From an uncultured Planctomycetaceae bacterium (lineage in GTDB: Bacteria; Planctomycetota; Planctomycetia; Planctomycetales; Planctomycetaceae): DNA of 64,000 nt. Positions 42,308 to 54,089 of the stretch are shown one piece after another. Where the stretch lies: contig CAWFAK010000008.1 in NCBI GenBank assembly GCA_963813715.1, forward strand, positions 384,001-448,000. Direction: 5' to 3'. The first letter of the stretch is position 1; each line of letters begins with the position of its first letter. The notes under the pieces were generated by a model. The model did not search any database, had not been told where the DNA came from, and saw nothing but the letters and a program-made list of their open reading frames with translations. The position numbers and the translations under genes are program-made.

Positions 42308-42425
42308 GAGCAAAGGTCCGATTTTCAGCCGCGACGATTCGCTGACTCGCCGACTGCCCGAATGCCGCCCCTGACTGGTGCCGGCGACGTCAACTGTCAA
42401 GAATCGTCAAAACCCCAGCGACCCA

Positions 42426-43725
42426 ATGAACTCTGAGCACCGGTATTCCGCCACGGCATTTTCTCCCTCGACCTCGGAAGAGCTGCGCGCCTTCCTTGTG
42501 GAGAATTTTGGCGCTGCGAAGCGGCCGCTGGTTGCCGTCGGCGGTGGCACCTCGTTCGAACTCGAGACGCACGGCGCCGAGCGGCAGGCTGAATGTCGCT
42601 ACGCGCGGGCTCGATCGCGTCGTCGAATTTGCCGCTCGCGATATGACGATCACCGTCGAAGCGGGAATTCCCATCGCGCGGCTCGATGAGGTTCTCCGCG
42701 GCGAAGGCTTGCGGCTGCCGATCGATATCCCGCAGTGGGACCGGGCGACGCTCGGCGGAGCGGTCGCGGCCGATGCCAGCGGGCCGCGGCGTTACGGGTT
42801 GGGAACGTTTCGCGATTACGTGATCGGGCTCGCGGCGATGAAGGCCGACGGTCAGGTGTTTCATTCCGGCGGCCGCGTCGTCAAAAACGTGGCGGGCTAC
42901 GATCTGTGCAAGCTGATGGTCGGATCGCGGGGGACACTGGCGATCCTCACGCAGATCACGCTCAAGCTGAAGCCGATACCCGAAACGTCGGCCCTGGTTT
43001 GCGCGGCCTTCGCCAACGTGAGCGATCGCGAGGCGGCGGTCACCGGCTTGTTGCAGTCGAAAACGCGACCGGTCGCTCTCGATTCGCTCAACCGCGCCGC
43101 GATCGAGGGGCTGGAGAGCCGGCTGCAACTCGGTATTCCGGCCGGCGGCCCCGCGCTCGTCGTCGGCTACGAAGGCACGCAGCGAGAGACCGACTGGCAG
43201 ATCGTCACGCTGCTCGACGAGCTGGCCGTTTCCCGACCGCTCGGCCTGCACGTGCTCCGCAACGCCGACGGGGCGCCGCTCTGGAATGCGTTGACGGAAT
43301 TCGCCGTGCCAACGGACGACCTTTCCGCGTTCGAGGTCCGGCTGCTGCCGTCGAAGATCGCGGCGTTTGAGACGGGCTGCGACGGTCTAGATTCCCCACT
43401 GCCGGTCGAACTCGTCGCACGGGCCGCCAACGGAGGTGTGTTTGGCCGACTCACCGAGCGGCCGGCCGCGGGTTCCGCTGTCACGCATCCGAGTGGCGGT
43501 CCGCAAGCCGTCGGTCAGGCGGCCGTCGATCCGCGGGTCGTCGACAGCCTGTTGGAGGAAGTGGCCGCCCTCGCGACGGGAGCGGGAGGCACATTGCGGC
43601 TCGTGCACGGGAAATCCCGCGTCACCCAAGATCCACCGCACTCGGCTCGAACGGGAAACGTCCGCCAGCTGACGCAACAGCTCAAGGCCGCCTTCGACCC
43701 CGCCAATTTGCTGCCGTCGCCCTGA
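42426..43725 (+). CDS. glcE: Glycolate oxidase FAD-binding subunit; frameshift near 42580
   Basis: VGGGT, DMTITVEAG, ATLGGAVA, GGRVVKNVAGYDLCKLMVGSRGTL, LKAAFDPANLL. Confidence 0.85.
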
Positions 43726-44153
43726 TTGCCGGACGGTTCCCGGGCGCTTGCTGAAATCATTCGTCGCGGGCCGAGATCTCTCCACGGCGCATCGTCAGCC
43801 GCACCCCGAACCGCTCCCTTCCGGACTCCGAAACGTGTGTACAGTTTGCGTACACTCCAGACTCTGTCAAAAATGCCCCTGTGTATCAAAACTGACCATA
43901 CCTGAGTTTCTGATGAAACGAACGTAAGAAGATTTCCTCGAATCGGGGTATCGGCGTGGGAATCCGCGAAACAGCGGGGCTCCCATCGGGGTTGATACCT
44001 AGACCCGTTGATATGCGGTCATGCGGAGTGCCGCGTTCCGATCCCGAACCGAATCGGGGTCCGAATGCCGCGGCCGTCGATTTTGCGGGCCCAATGTGAG
44101 GCGAGCTAAGGGAAACGCTCGCTGACGCACGGCGGACGATCGATCGTCCCGGA

Positions 44154-46141
44154 ATGAGCCGGGGTTTCGTCACCGATGGGCGGATGATGTCGACACTGGA
44201 GCATGACGGAAACCGACTGCGGTTCCGCGAACAACCCGATCCTCCTCGCCGCCCGCCGGCCGCGCCGGTGCCACCGGTAGATGCGCCACTGCCGCAGGCA
44301 AATGCGCCGGTGCCGCAGGCGTTCGTCTCCGCTCGCCCGCCGCAGCGGCATCTCGAACCGCTCGTCATCGACCTGGCTCGCTGGCTGGGCGGAGTCGCCG
44401 AGTTTCTAGCGACGGTCACGGCCGTCAGCCTGGTGGTCGCCGCCGTGACGCTCGTGCGGAAAGCCCGCGCGGCACTGATCGAGTTCGCCGACCGGCCCGC
44501 TGACCCATTGACCGCCGGCGTGGCCCGCATCCTCTTTGCCGCCAGCGGCATCTGGTACGCGGCCACGCTCACCGGCTACATCGAACTCAACTGGTACTCG
44601 CAGTCCCCCGCCGTCCGCACCGAGATCCTTTACGGCCACTGGTTCTGGATCGGCACGCTGGTGTTGTTGCTGCTGGGGATCGGCGGCCGGCTGGTCGCGT
44701 TTCTGCAGCTGGCGATCGCCGTCTTGATCTTCAATGCGGACGACTTAGGAAGCACGGTCTCGAGCGACTTGTATCTGATCGGCTCGTTCTGGCTGTCGTT
44801 CACGCGGCTCGACGGCCGGTTGCGACTGCCGTTGCCCCGCTGGATCGAGCGCCGCTTTCCGGCCCCCTCGGAGGCCGACGCGCTGCCCAAGGCGTGGCCG
44901 CTCGTGCTCTTGGGCATCAACGACGGCGTGCTGTTGTTGACTTCGGGCATCTCCAAGTTCTTCGATCCGTTTTGGATTCGGGGCATCGGCTTTTACGAAA
45001 CGTTCGCCCTCCCCTGGATCAAAGATCCCGCCGCCACGGTGCTGCTGAAATCCGAATCCTTGATGATGGTGATGAACTACGGCGGCATCGCGGTCGAGAT
45101 TCTGTTTCTGCCGCTGTTCTTCCTGAAGCGCACGCGAGCCGCGGCCTGCATCATCTTCGTATCGTTTTTCGCGATGCTCACCTGGCCGATTCGCATCGAC
45201 TTCATCGGCCAGGTGGGGATGATCCACGGCATCGCGCTGGCGGCGGCCGTCCCGTCGCTCGCCCGGCGTCTCAATCGGCTGACGCGGTCGATCGGCCTGC
45301 ACCGCTTCACCGCAAGTCCCCAGACGAGCTGATCGTCGAGGACGACCCGGTCCGCGCCCGTTTGCGGCGGACGATGGCTCGCGCTGTCGTGGGACTCTTC
45401 GTCGTTTACGTCGGCTTCTGGAGCCTGTATTCGACGGTCCTCGTCCGCTTCAACCCGTGGTTCACGTACCCGCTGACGCAGGCCAAAACCGTGGCTCAAA
45501 TGCTGCCGGGCGAACGGCCGCCGGAAATCACCGGTCCCTCTTCGTGGATCGAGCCCTATCGCCGCCAGCTGCTGTACTTCTTCGAAGACCATGTCGCGGG
45601 CAACAGTGCCTTCGTGCCCCTCGATCTCGCCAATCGGCTGACGACACGGATGGGACCGAAGGTCCTGTTCTGCGCCACGCACTTCATCGGCATCTACGAA
45701 TATCGGGTGACGCTGACCCTGGCGGACGGCCGCCAGCTCGAGCCCGTGCAGGTCTTCAACGACGACAAAACGGCCGGCCCCTACACGGCCGGCGCCGGCT
45801 GCCCGCGCTGTCTGCAACGGCTGATGTACGACGTCACCTCGATCTGCCAGGATCGGCTCAACAACCCGAAGGCGTCCCCCGACCAGGAACACCCGACGCT
45901 CGACCGGCTGATCCACTTCTCGATCTCGAAGCTGCCGCCGGCGGAGCAGGACCAGGTGACGCGAGCCGACGTGCTCGTCAGCCCGATTGTCGTCCCGCTG
46001 GCCTTCGAGGGAGACAGCCGCCCGTGGCTCGGCTACCCCTGGACCCGCCTCTACGAGCGCGACACCAAGAAGTCGACCGCCCGCTTCTGCGAACCGCCGG
46101 CCCTCTATCCCGACCAGCTGGTGATGTACCGGGCCCGGTAA
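44154..46141 (+). CDS. HTTM-like multi-TM protein with a soluble C-terminal domain; probably one gene with a frameshift near 45310 (or two overlapping genes)
   Basis: LLTSGISKFFDPFWIRG, IAVEILFLPLFF; the second frame continues with a TM and a domain containing CPRC. Confidence 0.6.
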
Positions 46142-46212
46142 GTGCACCGGAGCTGTCCCCCATCCCTGCCTCTGGGATGAGACTTTCTGACCGGCGGACC
46201 GTCGTGCAGAGC

Positions 46213-46275
46213 GCCCTCGCTGACCGCTTCGGGTTAGTGGATCCGCCAAAACCACCCGAAGCGGTCAGCGAGGGC
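46213..46275. repeat. Family A REP inverted pair, variant with a matching extra base in both arms
   Basis: GCCCTCGCTGACCGCTTCGGGT ... ACCCGAAGCGGTCAGCGAGGGC. Confidence 0.85.
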
Positions 46276-46366
46276 AGCGAGAGAAAAACGCTTCGAATTC
46301 AAGAAGCGTCTTATCCGAAGCCACGGGCAAGGCACACGCGTTCAATTTCGCTCCGCAGTGACCCGC

Positions 46367-47149
46367 TCAGTTTGGCTTTGAGGGAGATGCCTTCAGTAAT
46401 TCTGCGATGTCCTCGAAGCCATTGCTCGTGGCGATTGCCAGAGGCGTGTTGCCTTTGTTGGGCAACTGCGACGAAAAACTGGGTAAGCCCATACTGTCAT
46501 GCTCGGAGTCGTGCTCCGAGCCACCAGGATTGTCTGCGTGTGGGTCAGCCCCCTTCGCGAGCAGCGCTTTGACAACGGAGTAGCGGTCGGCGCGATTCAC
46601 ATCGTTTGATCGCAAAACGATGTGGAGGGCCTGCCAGCCGTATTTGTCGCGTTTGGTCAGGTCGGCCTTGTTGGCGAGTAGCAGCTCGATCACCGCGAGA
46701 TTCCCCAACCGCACGGCTGCCATCAACGGCGTGACACCATATCGATCCGCGGCATTCACGGAGGCACCCCGTTTCACCAAGAATTCGGCGGTCTCCAAGT
46801 GTCCGTTGCGAGCTGCAAAATGGAGCGGTGTTTCCCCGGAATCGTCGGCGACATCGAGTTTCGCGCCGTGCTCCAACAGAAACCTCACGACCTCGGTCTG
46901 TCCGGCGTCGGCCGCCACAGTCAGTGGGCAGTCGCCGAAGCCGTCGCGATGATTCGGGTTCTTTCCCGACTTCAACAAGTCGCGGACGAGATCCAAATCC
47001 CCAGCGTGAGCCGCATTCAGGAGCGGATCGCCGAAATCACCGAGACTTTCAAAGAAAACGAGGTAAACCCCGACAACGAGCACCAGCAGCAACAAGAAGA
47101 ATGCCGGGTACGCGACTAATCGAATCGCGATCGACCGTTTTATGCCCAT
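46367..47149 (-). CDS. Membrane-anchored ankyrin-repeat protein
   Basis: N-terminal TM; repeats GDCPLTVAA, GETPLHFAA, GVTPLMAAV, GNTPLAIA. Confidence 0.9.
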   Translation of the reverse strand: MGIKRSIAIRLVAYPAFFLLLLVLVVGVYLVFFESLGDFGDPLLNAAHAGDLDLVRDLLKSGKNPNHRDGFGDCPLTVAADAGQTEVVRFLLEHGAKLDVADDSGETPLHFAARNGHLETAEFLVKRGASVNAADRYGVTPLMAAVRLGNLAVIELLLANKADLTKRDKYGWQALHIVLRSNDVNRADRYSVVKALLAKGADPHADNPGGSEHDSEHDSMGLPSFSSQLPNKGNTPLAIATSNGFEDIAELLKASPSKPN

Positions 47150-47265
47150 CGCACACACCCCGGCGACCGATCTGTACTTGCTGAGCCGGTCCGCCTGCGT
47201 TTCATGTTAGGGCCCAGCTTTGTTTGCCCACAAGGTACGCCACGCGATGACCTAAACGGAAAAGG

Positions 47266-47297
47266 CATGCCCATGCCGAGCCATGGGCATGGCACCC
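47266..47297. repeat. Family C REP unit
   Basis: CATGCCCATG-CCGAGC-CATGGGCATGGCACCC. Confidence 0.7.
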
Positions 47298-47340
47298 GGC
47301 GCTGTCGCTGCGCCAGCAAGTCGAGTTGTGGCCCGACGCT

Positions 47341-47631
47341 TCAAGCCGTCTTTGCTCGCTGCCACGCCGAAGACTGAAATTCTCGCCACGCGTGCCAGCC
47401 AGGCGGCAATTCGGCCAGCTCCCCGATGCTTTCGTCCAGCTTCAGGATTTCGCGCAAGCTGACGACCGCGGCGTCGGTCTCGCTTGGTGGCCCGGGCTCG
47501 TTGGTGTGAAACTGCCAGCCGCCATCGTCGGCGTCGTGAGAGACGTACGCGATCCAATCGCCATCCTGAAAGATCTTGCGATTCACAATGACGGCCAGAT
47601 TGGGCGGGTCGGGGAAGGGCCAGGGATTCAT
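47341..47631 (-). CDS. Small acidic Trp-rich protein (DUF2185/Imm33-like)
   Basis: VSHDADDGGWQF...ILKLDESIGELAELPPGW pattern. Confidence 0.6.
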   Translation of the reverse strand: MNPWPFPDPPNLAVIVNRKIFQDGDWIAYVSHDADDGGWQFHTNEPGPPSETDAAVVSLREILKLDESIGELAELPPGWHAWREFQSSAWQRAKTA

Positions 47632-47692
47632 TGGATGGTGCGACCGGCTACGACGAGTGGCGGAAGTTTTGCGATCGATTTAGTGTAGGCGA

Positions 47693-48763
47693 ATGGCCGG
47701 AATTGGGAGCGAGGAAATTGGTGCGTTCTTCAGTGGGGCGCGGCGGCCCGCAGCTGGCGAATCGGCGGTGGTTGGCGTCGTTGTCATTGGTCTGAACGAA
47801 GGCGATCGGCTGACGCGGTGTCTCGAGTCGGTGCGCGGTCAGGCGGGGCGAGTCGTTTATGTTGACTCGGGTTCGACCGACGGCAGTCCGGCGGCGGCGA
47901 GTGCGTTGGGTGTCGAGGTCGTCGAGTTGGATCCGTCGCTGCCGTTTTCGGCTGCTCGTGCGCGGAATACGGGGCTCGATCGGCTGGTTGAAATTTCGCC
48001 TGGGGTCGAGTTCGTGCTGTTCGTCGATGGCGATTGCGAAGTTGCCGAGAGTTTTTTGCCTGCCGGCTGTCGCGCACTGCGGGCCGACGCGCGGGTGGCG
48101 GCGGTGGCCGGACGGCTGCGTGAGCGGTTTCCTGCACGCTCGATTTACAACCGCCTGTGCGACATGGAATGGGACGTGCCGGCCGGCGCTGCCAAAAGTT
48201 GCGGCGGCATCGCCCTCTTTCGCGTGGCCGCGCTCCGTGAAACGGGCGGGTTTAATCCGCGGGTGGTTGCCGGCGAGGAGCCGGAGTTGTGCGTGCGGCT
48301 GCGGCAGCGCGGCTGGACGATCCAGCGACTTGCCAACGAGATGGCCCTGCACGACGCGGCGATGACCCGGTTCTCCCAGTGGTGGATACGGGCCGTTCGC
48401 GCCGGGCATGCCTACGCGGAAGGCGCGGCGATGCACGGCCGTTCGCCCGAGCGGCACTTCGTTCGCGAGTCACTCAGCGGCTGGCTCTACGGCGTGCTCT
48501 TGCCCGCGGCCATCGTGGCAAGCGCGATCGTCGTCAGCCCGTGGGCGCTCCTGGCTTTCCTCATCTATCCGTTGCTCTGGGCGAAGATCGCTCGGGGACG
48601 GCGGCGGAGTAATGGCGATCCTCGGCGGTTCGCCGGCTTTTACGCGGGGGCCTGCCTGCTCGCCAAGCCGGCCGAATGCTGGGGCCAGACGCGGTATTGG
48701 GTGCGACGCGTGCTGCGCCGTCCGCCCAAGATCATCCAGCACAAACCTGCCTGTCCCGGATGA
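47693..48763 (+). CDS. GT2-family glycosyltransferase
   Basis: VVVIGLNEG, VDSGSTDGS, FVDGD, GEEPELC, C-terminal TMs. Confidence 0.9.
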   Translation: MAGIGSEEIGAFFSGARRPAAGESAVVGVVVIGLNEGDRLTRCLESVRGQAGRVVYVDSGSTDGSPAAASALGVEVVELDPSLPFSAARARNTGLDRLVEISPGVEFVLFVDGDCEVAESFLPAGCRALRADARVAAVAGRLRERFPARSIYNRLCDMEWDVPAGAAKSCGGIALFRVAALRETGGFNPRVVAGEEPELCVRLRQRGWTIQRLANEMALHDAAMTRFSQWWIRAVRAGHAYAEGAAMHGRSPERHFVRESLSGWLYGVLLPAAIVASAIVVSPWALLAFLIYPLLWAKIARGRRRSNGDPRRFAGFYAGACLLAKPAECWGQTRYWVRRVLRRPPKIIQHKPACPG

Positions 48764-48836
48764 CGGCGTTGGTCGCCGTCGGTCTCGGATGACGGGGCAG
48801 TTTCGCGTCAGTCCCGCACGACGGGACGGCTCGCCG

Positions 48837-49822
48837 TTAATCGCGAAGCACGGGCAGTTCCCATTGCGGAGCCGCCGGGCCGCGCGGGGTCGTCGCCGGC
48901 ACGATGGCGGGAACGACGACCGTAGTGCCGATTGGTGCAGTCGCGCCCGTCGGATTCACGTTCGTCGACGGCGCGTGGGCGGCCGGACCGGGGACGGGGG
49001 TCGCGGGGCCGCTCGATCCCGCATGGGGCGGTGCTGCAGCGGATGGCGGCAGGTTGTACGGCGCGGCGATCGGCGACGGGCGAAGCGCCGGTTCGGCCTC
49101 GGACGCGGGCGCCGGAGGCGGCATGTTCGACGCGTCGGGGCCCATCGACCGCAAACTGCCGATTCCAGGGAAAGCGGCCGAGCCGTGATAGTGCGTCGCC
49201 GAATTTTGCGTGCCCGAGATATCCAGCGGTGCCGCAGGGACAGCCTCGCTTGCCGGATTACCGGGCGGATAAGACGTGTCGGCCGGCGCGGCAGCGCTAC
49301 TCCAAGTGGGAGGCAGCGACGGAATCGCACCGGGCGTCATTCCGCCGGGCAGCGGCTGTCCCTGGTCTGGCGGGCCGCCGATCTGTCCGAGCGAGCCGGG
49401 CCCCGGATAATAGAGGACATCGGGGACGCCTTCGGGCGGCTGGGCGCTCTGAGCGTCAAGCGCGCTGGCGACCTGGTTTCCGTCTTGTTGCGCGGCCATC
49501 GCTCCGTGCGTGAAGCCGTCGCACCAAGCCTGCGCCTCTTGGACGTCCTTTTCGGTCATCCCGTCGGCACCCAGAAATGGCTCGGCCCCGGCGGCGTGCA
49601 CGAATCTCCGCCGCAATTGGCGAAGCGATACCCGGCCTTGAATCCCGCCTTGAAGCTCGACTCACAGGGGATGTCTTCGTACATCCACTTGCGGGCGCGC
49701 CAGGCCTTGTTGGAGGTCCAGGTCTGCTCCACCCAAGTGGCGCAAGAGTTCATTTCCGCAATGCAGCCGGCGTCGAAACAGGCCACGATCAGCCCGAGCA
49801 CCAGGCCGAACGATTTTTTCAT
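48837..49822 (-). CDS. Putative lipoprotein with Pro-rich tail; frameshift near 49580
   Basis: MKKSFGLVLGLIVACFDAGC lipobox-like signal; FKAGFKAGY and WCDGFTHGA motifs; ATG overlaps the upstream stop (TGATG). Confidence 0.6.
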
Positions 49823-52800
49823 CAGGGCGACCCCGCCTTCGTGCCCCCCGGCGGACTCGACAGATCGAAGGGCGACTCGTCGCTGACTGGGGGGCTGACT
49901 GCCGGGGTGACTGGGGGCGCCGACTTCGGAGCGGCGGCGACCGGTCGCGGCGGCGGCAGTTCGGCGTTCCGATCGATGGGCCGCGCGGGAACGTCCGGCA
50001 GACGCGACGGCTCTGCCGAATGGTGGGTTCGCGCGACGGCCGACGAGCCGTCGGAACCGATTTCCTCTCCTTCGTGAATCGATATGCCGCGAGACCCGAC
50101 CGCGGGCGGAAAGCGGGCGGTCACCGAGTCGCTCGTCGGGGTGACGGCCTGGAACTTGCCATCGGTCGGCGTCGGCCGACCCAGATCGGGGAAGAGGAAC
50201 GGGGCAGTCGCGGGCTTTTCGAGTTCCGTTCGCTCGGCTGGGGTGCGCTCGACTGCTGGTTGCTGCGGACCCGAGAATGCATGGGAACCTGGAGCGGTGG
50301 GCACACGTTCCAGCGGACCAGCGGGCGGAGCGGGCGACATTTCTCGCGCCGGAGCTTCGACGTTGCTAGCCGGAGTGGCGACGGGCGTTGGGCCAAGCGT
50401 CGACTGGCTGCCGCGAATTGACGCCAACGCGGCGAGCGCCGCGCGCTGCATCCGAGGCACGTCGTTCGAGGCGGCCGTTTCCAGACGTGGCACTGCGTCG
50501 ACGGCCGCCGGTCCGAATTGGGCCAGCGACAACGCCGCCATAATACGGACCCGCGGATTGGCATCATCGAGGGCATCAGTCAGGCGGACGATGGCGGTCG
50601 CATTGGCTGTCACCGACGCGCCGCTGAGTGCACCGGCCGCCGCTTGCCGCACATTGGCATCGTTCGGATCGACGAGCAGCCGCGAGAGCGTGTCGAGCGC
50701 GGGGCGGTTGTTCGGCTGCAGTTTCAGGATGGCTTCGGCAATGTGCGCGAGCACGGTCTTGTTGGGCTCGACGGTCAACAGCTGGTGCAGCGCGGGCAGG
50801 GCCGTGCGGGCCTCCGGGCCCGACAGTCCGATTCGCAGCGCGACCAGCAAGCGGTGCCGCGGCTCGGCCTGCGACAGCAGCTCGAGCCCGTCGAGTACGG
50901 GCCGCGTGTGGATCTCGCGGAACTCGGGGTCCTTGATGAGTGCGACCAGATCGAACGCGGGCTTCGGCTCGGCACGGCGTTCGTCGTCAAATTGTGCGGC
51001 ACGCGGCGCGCGGCTGGCGCGGGGTTCCGTTGCTTCGCTCGAGTCGGCGACCGAATCGGTGCGGACGTGCCGCGGAGCCGGCCGTTCGTCGTCGTCTTCG
51101 CGACGGGTGCGGTCGGTCGGCGGAGCCGAATTGCGGCGGCCGGCTTGTCGTTGTCACCTTTATACGCATCAGTTTTATGCGTGTCAGACTTGTCCGTGTC
51201 AGGCGAGGAGGGGGCGGCGTCGGTGCTCGGGGCGGGCGGTCCGCTGGGGATGGTCGACTTCCAGCCGCTGGTCGGGATGTCGAAAGCCGAGTCGGGCGGC
51301 GTGGCGGCGTTCTTGCCCTCGACGTTCAGCAGAGTTTCCAGTCGCGAATATCCGTTGCCGCGATTGCCGGGAATGATGCGGATGTCGTCGGTTTGTTTGG
51401 CGAGCTTGGCGGCTTCGTCGAGGATCGCGTTCGAGGTTTCGCGCTCGGACGCCAGCGGGAACCGTTCGCGGCACTTGTCGGGGCGAGAGGTCGACGGGCG
51501 GCGGCGCGCTCGGCAGCGTGACCACGCCCGGCGCCTCGAGTGACTCCGTGGATTCCGCGGGGGCGAGGCGTCGTTCGCGATTGGGCCCGGGCAGACTGAA
51601 GGCCGGCGGCTCCTGATCGAAGGGCTTGGGGCCGCCGGTCGACGTGGCTGCCGTTGCGGACTGCGGCGTGCGCGACGGCAGGTCGGGCAAGGGCTGCGTG
51701 TGAAAGTTGGGTAGCTCGTCGGCCGCCTGCCGCGCGGCTTCTCGCGCCAATTCCAACGGATGAGCCGTCGAGATGGCGGACGCTTCGCCGTTGGCGGGAG
51801 TTGCGGTTGGAGTTGCGACGGGCTGCGTACTGCTGACCGGCACGGCGCTGGTCGCGGCGAGGTTCGCTGGTCCCGCGCTGGCCGGCGTCGCGTTGACTGG
51901 TTTTGCGCTGAACGAAGTCTCGAACGGAGCGGGAGTAGCGGCGGTTGCCGGATTCGCAGTCTTGGCGGCCGGCTCGGCTTGCACGAGTGCGGCCGGCAGT
52001 GGTGTGATCGCGGCGCGCCAACCGTTCGAGTTGTGTTCGACGCTCGGGAGCCGTCGTTGTGACGGTTGCGGCGGGCGGGGCTTCGTCCGAGACGCTCCCT
52101 GCTGCCGATCGAGGACCATCACCGGCGGTTCGGCAACTGTGGAGACAGTCACTTCGGGCGCTGGGCTCGGCCGGAATCCGGCGCTTGGCGTCGGTACGGC
52201 GGCCGGCGATTGCAGGGACTGCGGCGAGAAGTTTTCGTTGTCGACTGTCTGTGTATTGGAAGTTTCCGGCGGATTGGCAGCCGGCTGGGCGGTGATTGTG
52301 GGCTGCGCGTTTGCTCCCGGCTGTGCCCAGCTCTCGCTCGCGGGCGCAGCTTGAGTGCTCGCCTGGAATTGAGGTGTCGGTTGATAGGGCTGAAATGCGG
52401 AAGGGAATTGAGTGGGGGGCAACTGGGACGGCGCGACCTGCCGTTGATTCGTCGCGTAGCCTGGGGCCATGCCGGAGCCCCAAGTCGGCGTCATGGCGGG
52501 TGCGTTGGGCTGCGCGGAGCCGTAAGGTGCAAAGCCGGCGGGTGGCTGGTGATTGAACGTGGGCGACGGCGTTTGCGTGAGTGCCGACGCGCGGATGATG
52601 CTGCGGCGCTGCAGCTCGAGATAGATTCGCTGGGCCGGGGCCGTGCGACCTTGCTGCATGAACAAGCGCGCCTCGGCCGCCAGCTGCTCGTCCGTTTGGC
52701 CGGAGAACTGGGGGTCGGCCGAGATGTTCGCCGTGTTTTGTGTGGTTGTGTTTTGCGGCGCGGCGTAGTTTTGCGGCGTCGCGTAGCTTTGGGGCACGCC

Positions 52801-52980
52801 GTAATTGGCGGGCGGCGTGCTCTGCGGATATTGGGCCCATGCGAACGGGGCCAACAGTCCTCCGCCGAAGAGTCCCGCCAGCGCCAGGCGAGCCAGCGCA
52901 CTTCCCGGACGGGGGGCTGTTGCAGCCCCGCGGAAAGTCGCTCCCACCAGGAACGAACGAGTCGGTGATTGCTGAGTCAT
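49822..52980 (-). CDS. Large secreted Pro/Ala-rich protein with a HEAT-repeat domain; frameshifts near 51460 and 51120
   Basis: Signal peptide ending AWAQ; HEAT repeats (NVRQAAAGAL, RVRIMAALSLAQFGPAAVDAVPRL); continuous coding sequence across three frames. Confidence 0.65.
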
Positions 52981-53318
52981 CGGTTCCGCGCTTCCGAGGT
53001 GCGTACAATCCGGGCGGAATCTGGACGTGAGATCGCCTTCTGTCCTTATCGGTTGTAGCGGTCAAGGAAATTCAGTCATTTAGGAAGGCTGCAGCGACTT
53101 TTCCGAAATTGCGGCCACTGATCGCAGTCGGCCGCCGGTTGACGCAAACAGAATCGGCAATTTCTGCCGTCGGCGGTTCTCGAACCACGTTCTGCCGGTG
53201 CGCCAACGCGCGAATGAAAGGCGATTCGCAATCTGTTAAACCTGTTACCACTAGATGAGCGGCGGCAGACGTCGGATCGACGTGATTCGACACTATCTAA
53301 AGGGATCGGGGGCGAGCG

Positions 53319-54041
53319 GTGAGTCTGTTGTATTTGGTGCGCCACGGGCAGGCGTCGTTCTTCGCGGAGAATTACGACCGCTTATCGCCGCTGGGGGAAC
53401 GGCAAGCGCGCCGGCTTGGCGAATATTTCGCGGCACGGAAGGTCAAGTTCGACGCGGTCTACTCCGGTCCGGCCGAGCGACAACAGCGGACGACGCAGAT
53501 TGTGCTGGAGACGATGGCCACGGCCGGCTGCCGGAGTCCGGCAGCGACGATCGTCCCCGGGCTCAACGAGCATGGAGGCGACAAGCTCTTGAGCAAGCCG
53601 CACATGCAACTCGTGCTGGAAAAGTATCCGGAGCTGGGCGGGCTCGAGCAGTCCTTCCGCGACGCCCGCGAGCCGGAGGACGTGCAGCGAAGCTTTCAAA
53701 AGCTGTTCGAGGCGGCCGTCTTATTGTGGACCAAGGGCGAGCTGAACGCGCCGGGGATGGAATTGTGGGACGAGTTTCACGCGCGGGCACGGGGCGCGTT
53801 CGAGTCGATCATCTCGCACGCCGAGCGGGGCCAGACGACGCTCGCCGTGTCGTCGGTCGGGCCGATCTCAGTGGCAGTGCAGATGGCGCTGGCCACGTCG
53901 ATTCCCGTCAGCCTCGATCTGGGCTGGCGGCTGCGGAACGCCTCGGTGACGACATTCCTCTACACGCCGGGCCGGTTCAACCTCGACAGTTTTAATTCGT
54001 TGGCGCATCTGGCGGATCCGGCGGAGATCACGTACCGTTGA
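53319..54041 (+). CDS. Histidine phosphatase family protein
   Basis: LYLVRHGQASF, LSPLGERQA, GLNEH. Confidence 0.9.
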   Translation: MSLLYLVRHGQASFFAENYDRLSPLGERQARRLGEYFAARKVKFDAVYSGPAERQQRTTQIVLETMATAGCRSPAATIVPGLNEHGGDKLLSKPHMQLVLEKYPELGGLEQSFRDAREPEDVQRSFQKLFEAAVLLWTKGELNAPGMELWDEFHARARGAFESIISHAERGQTTLAVSSVGPISVAVQMALATSIPVSLDLGWRLRNASVTTFLYTPGRFNLDSFNSLAHLADPAEITYR

Positions 54042-54089
54042 AGTTTATAGATCGAAAAACAATTCGTTGACGTTCGGGCGGGAGCACTC

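Noticed and set aside
34596..42400. tRNA-anchored genomic island or prophage
   Set aside because: No integrase or phage genes, and no distal duplication of the tRNA 3' end was seen in the window
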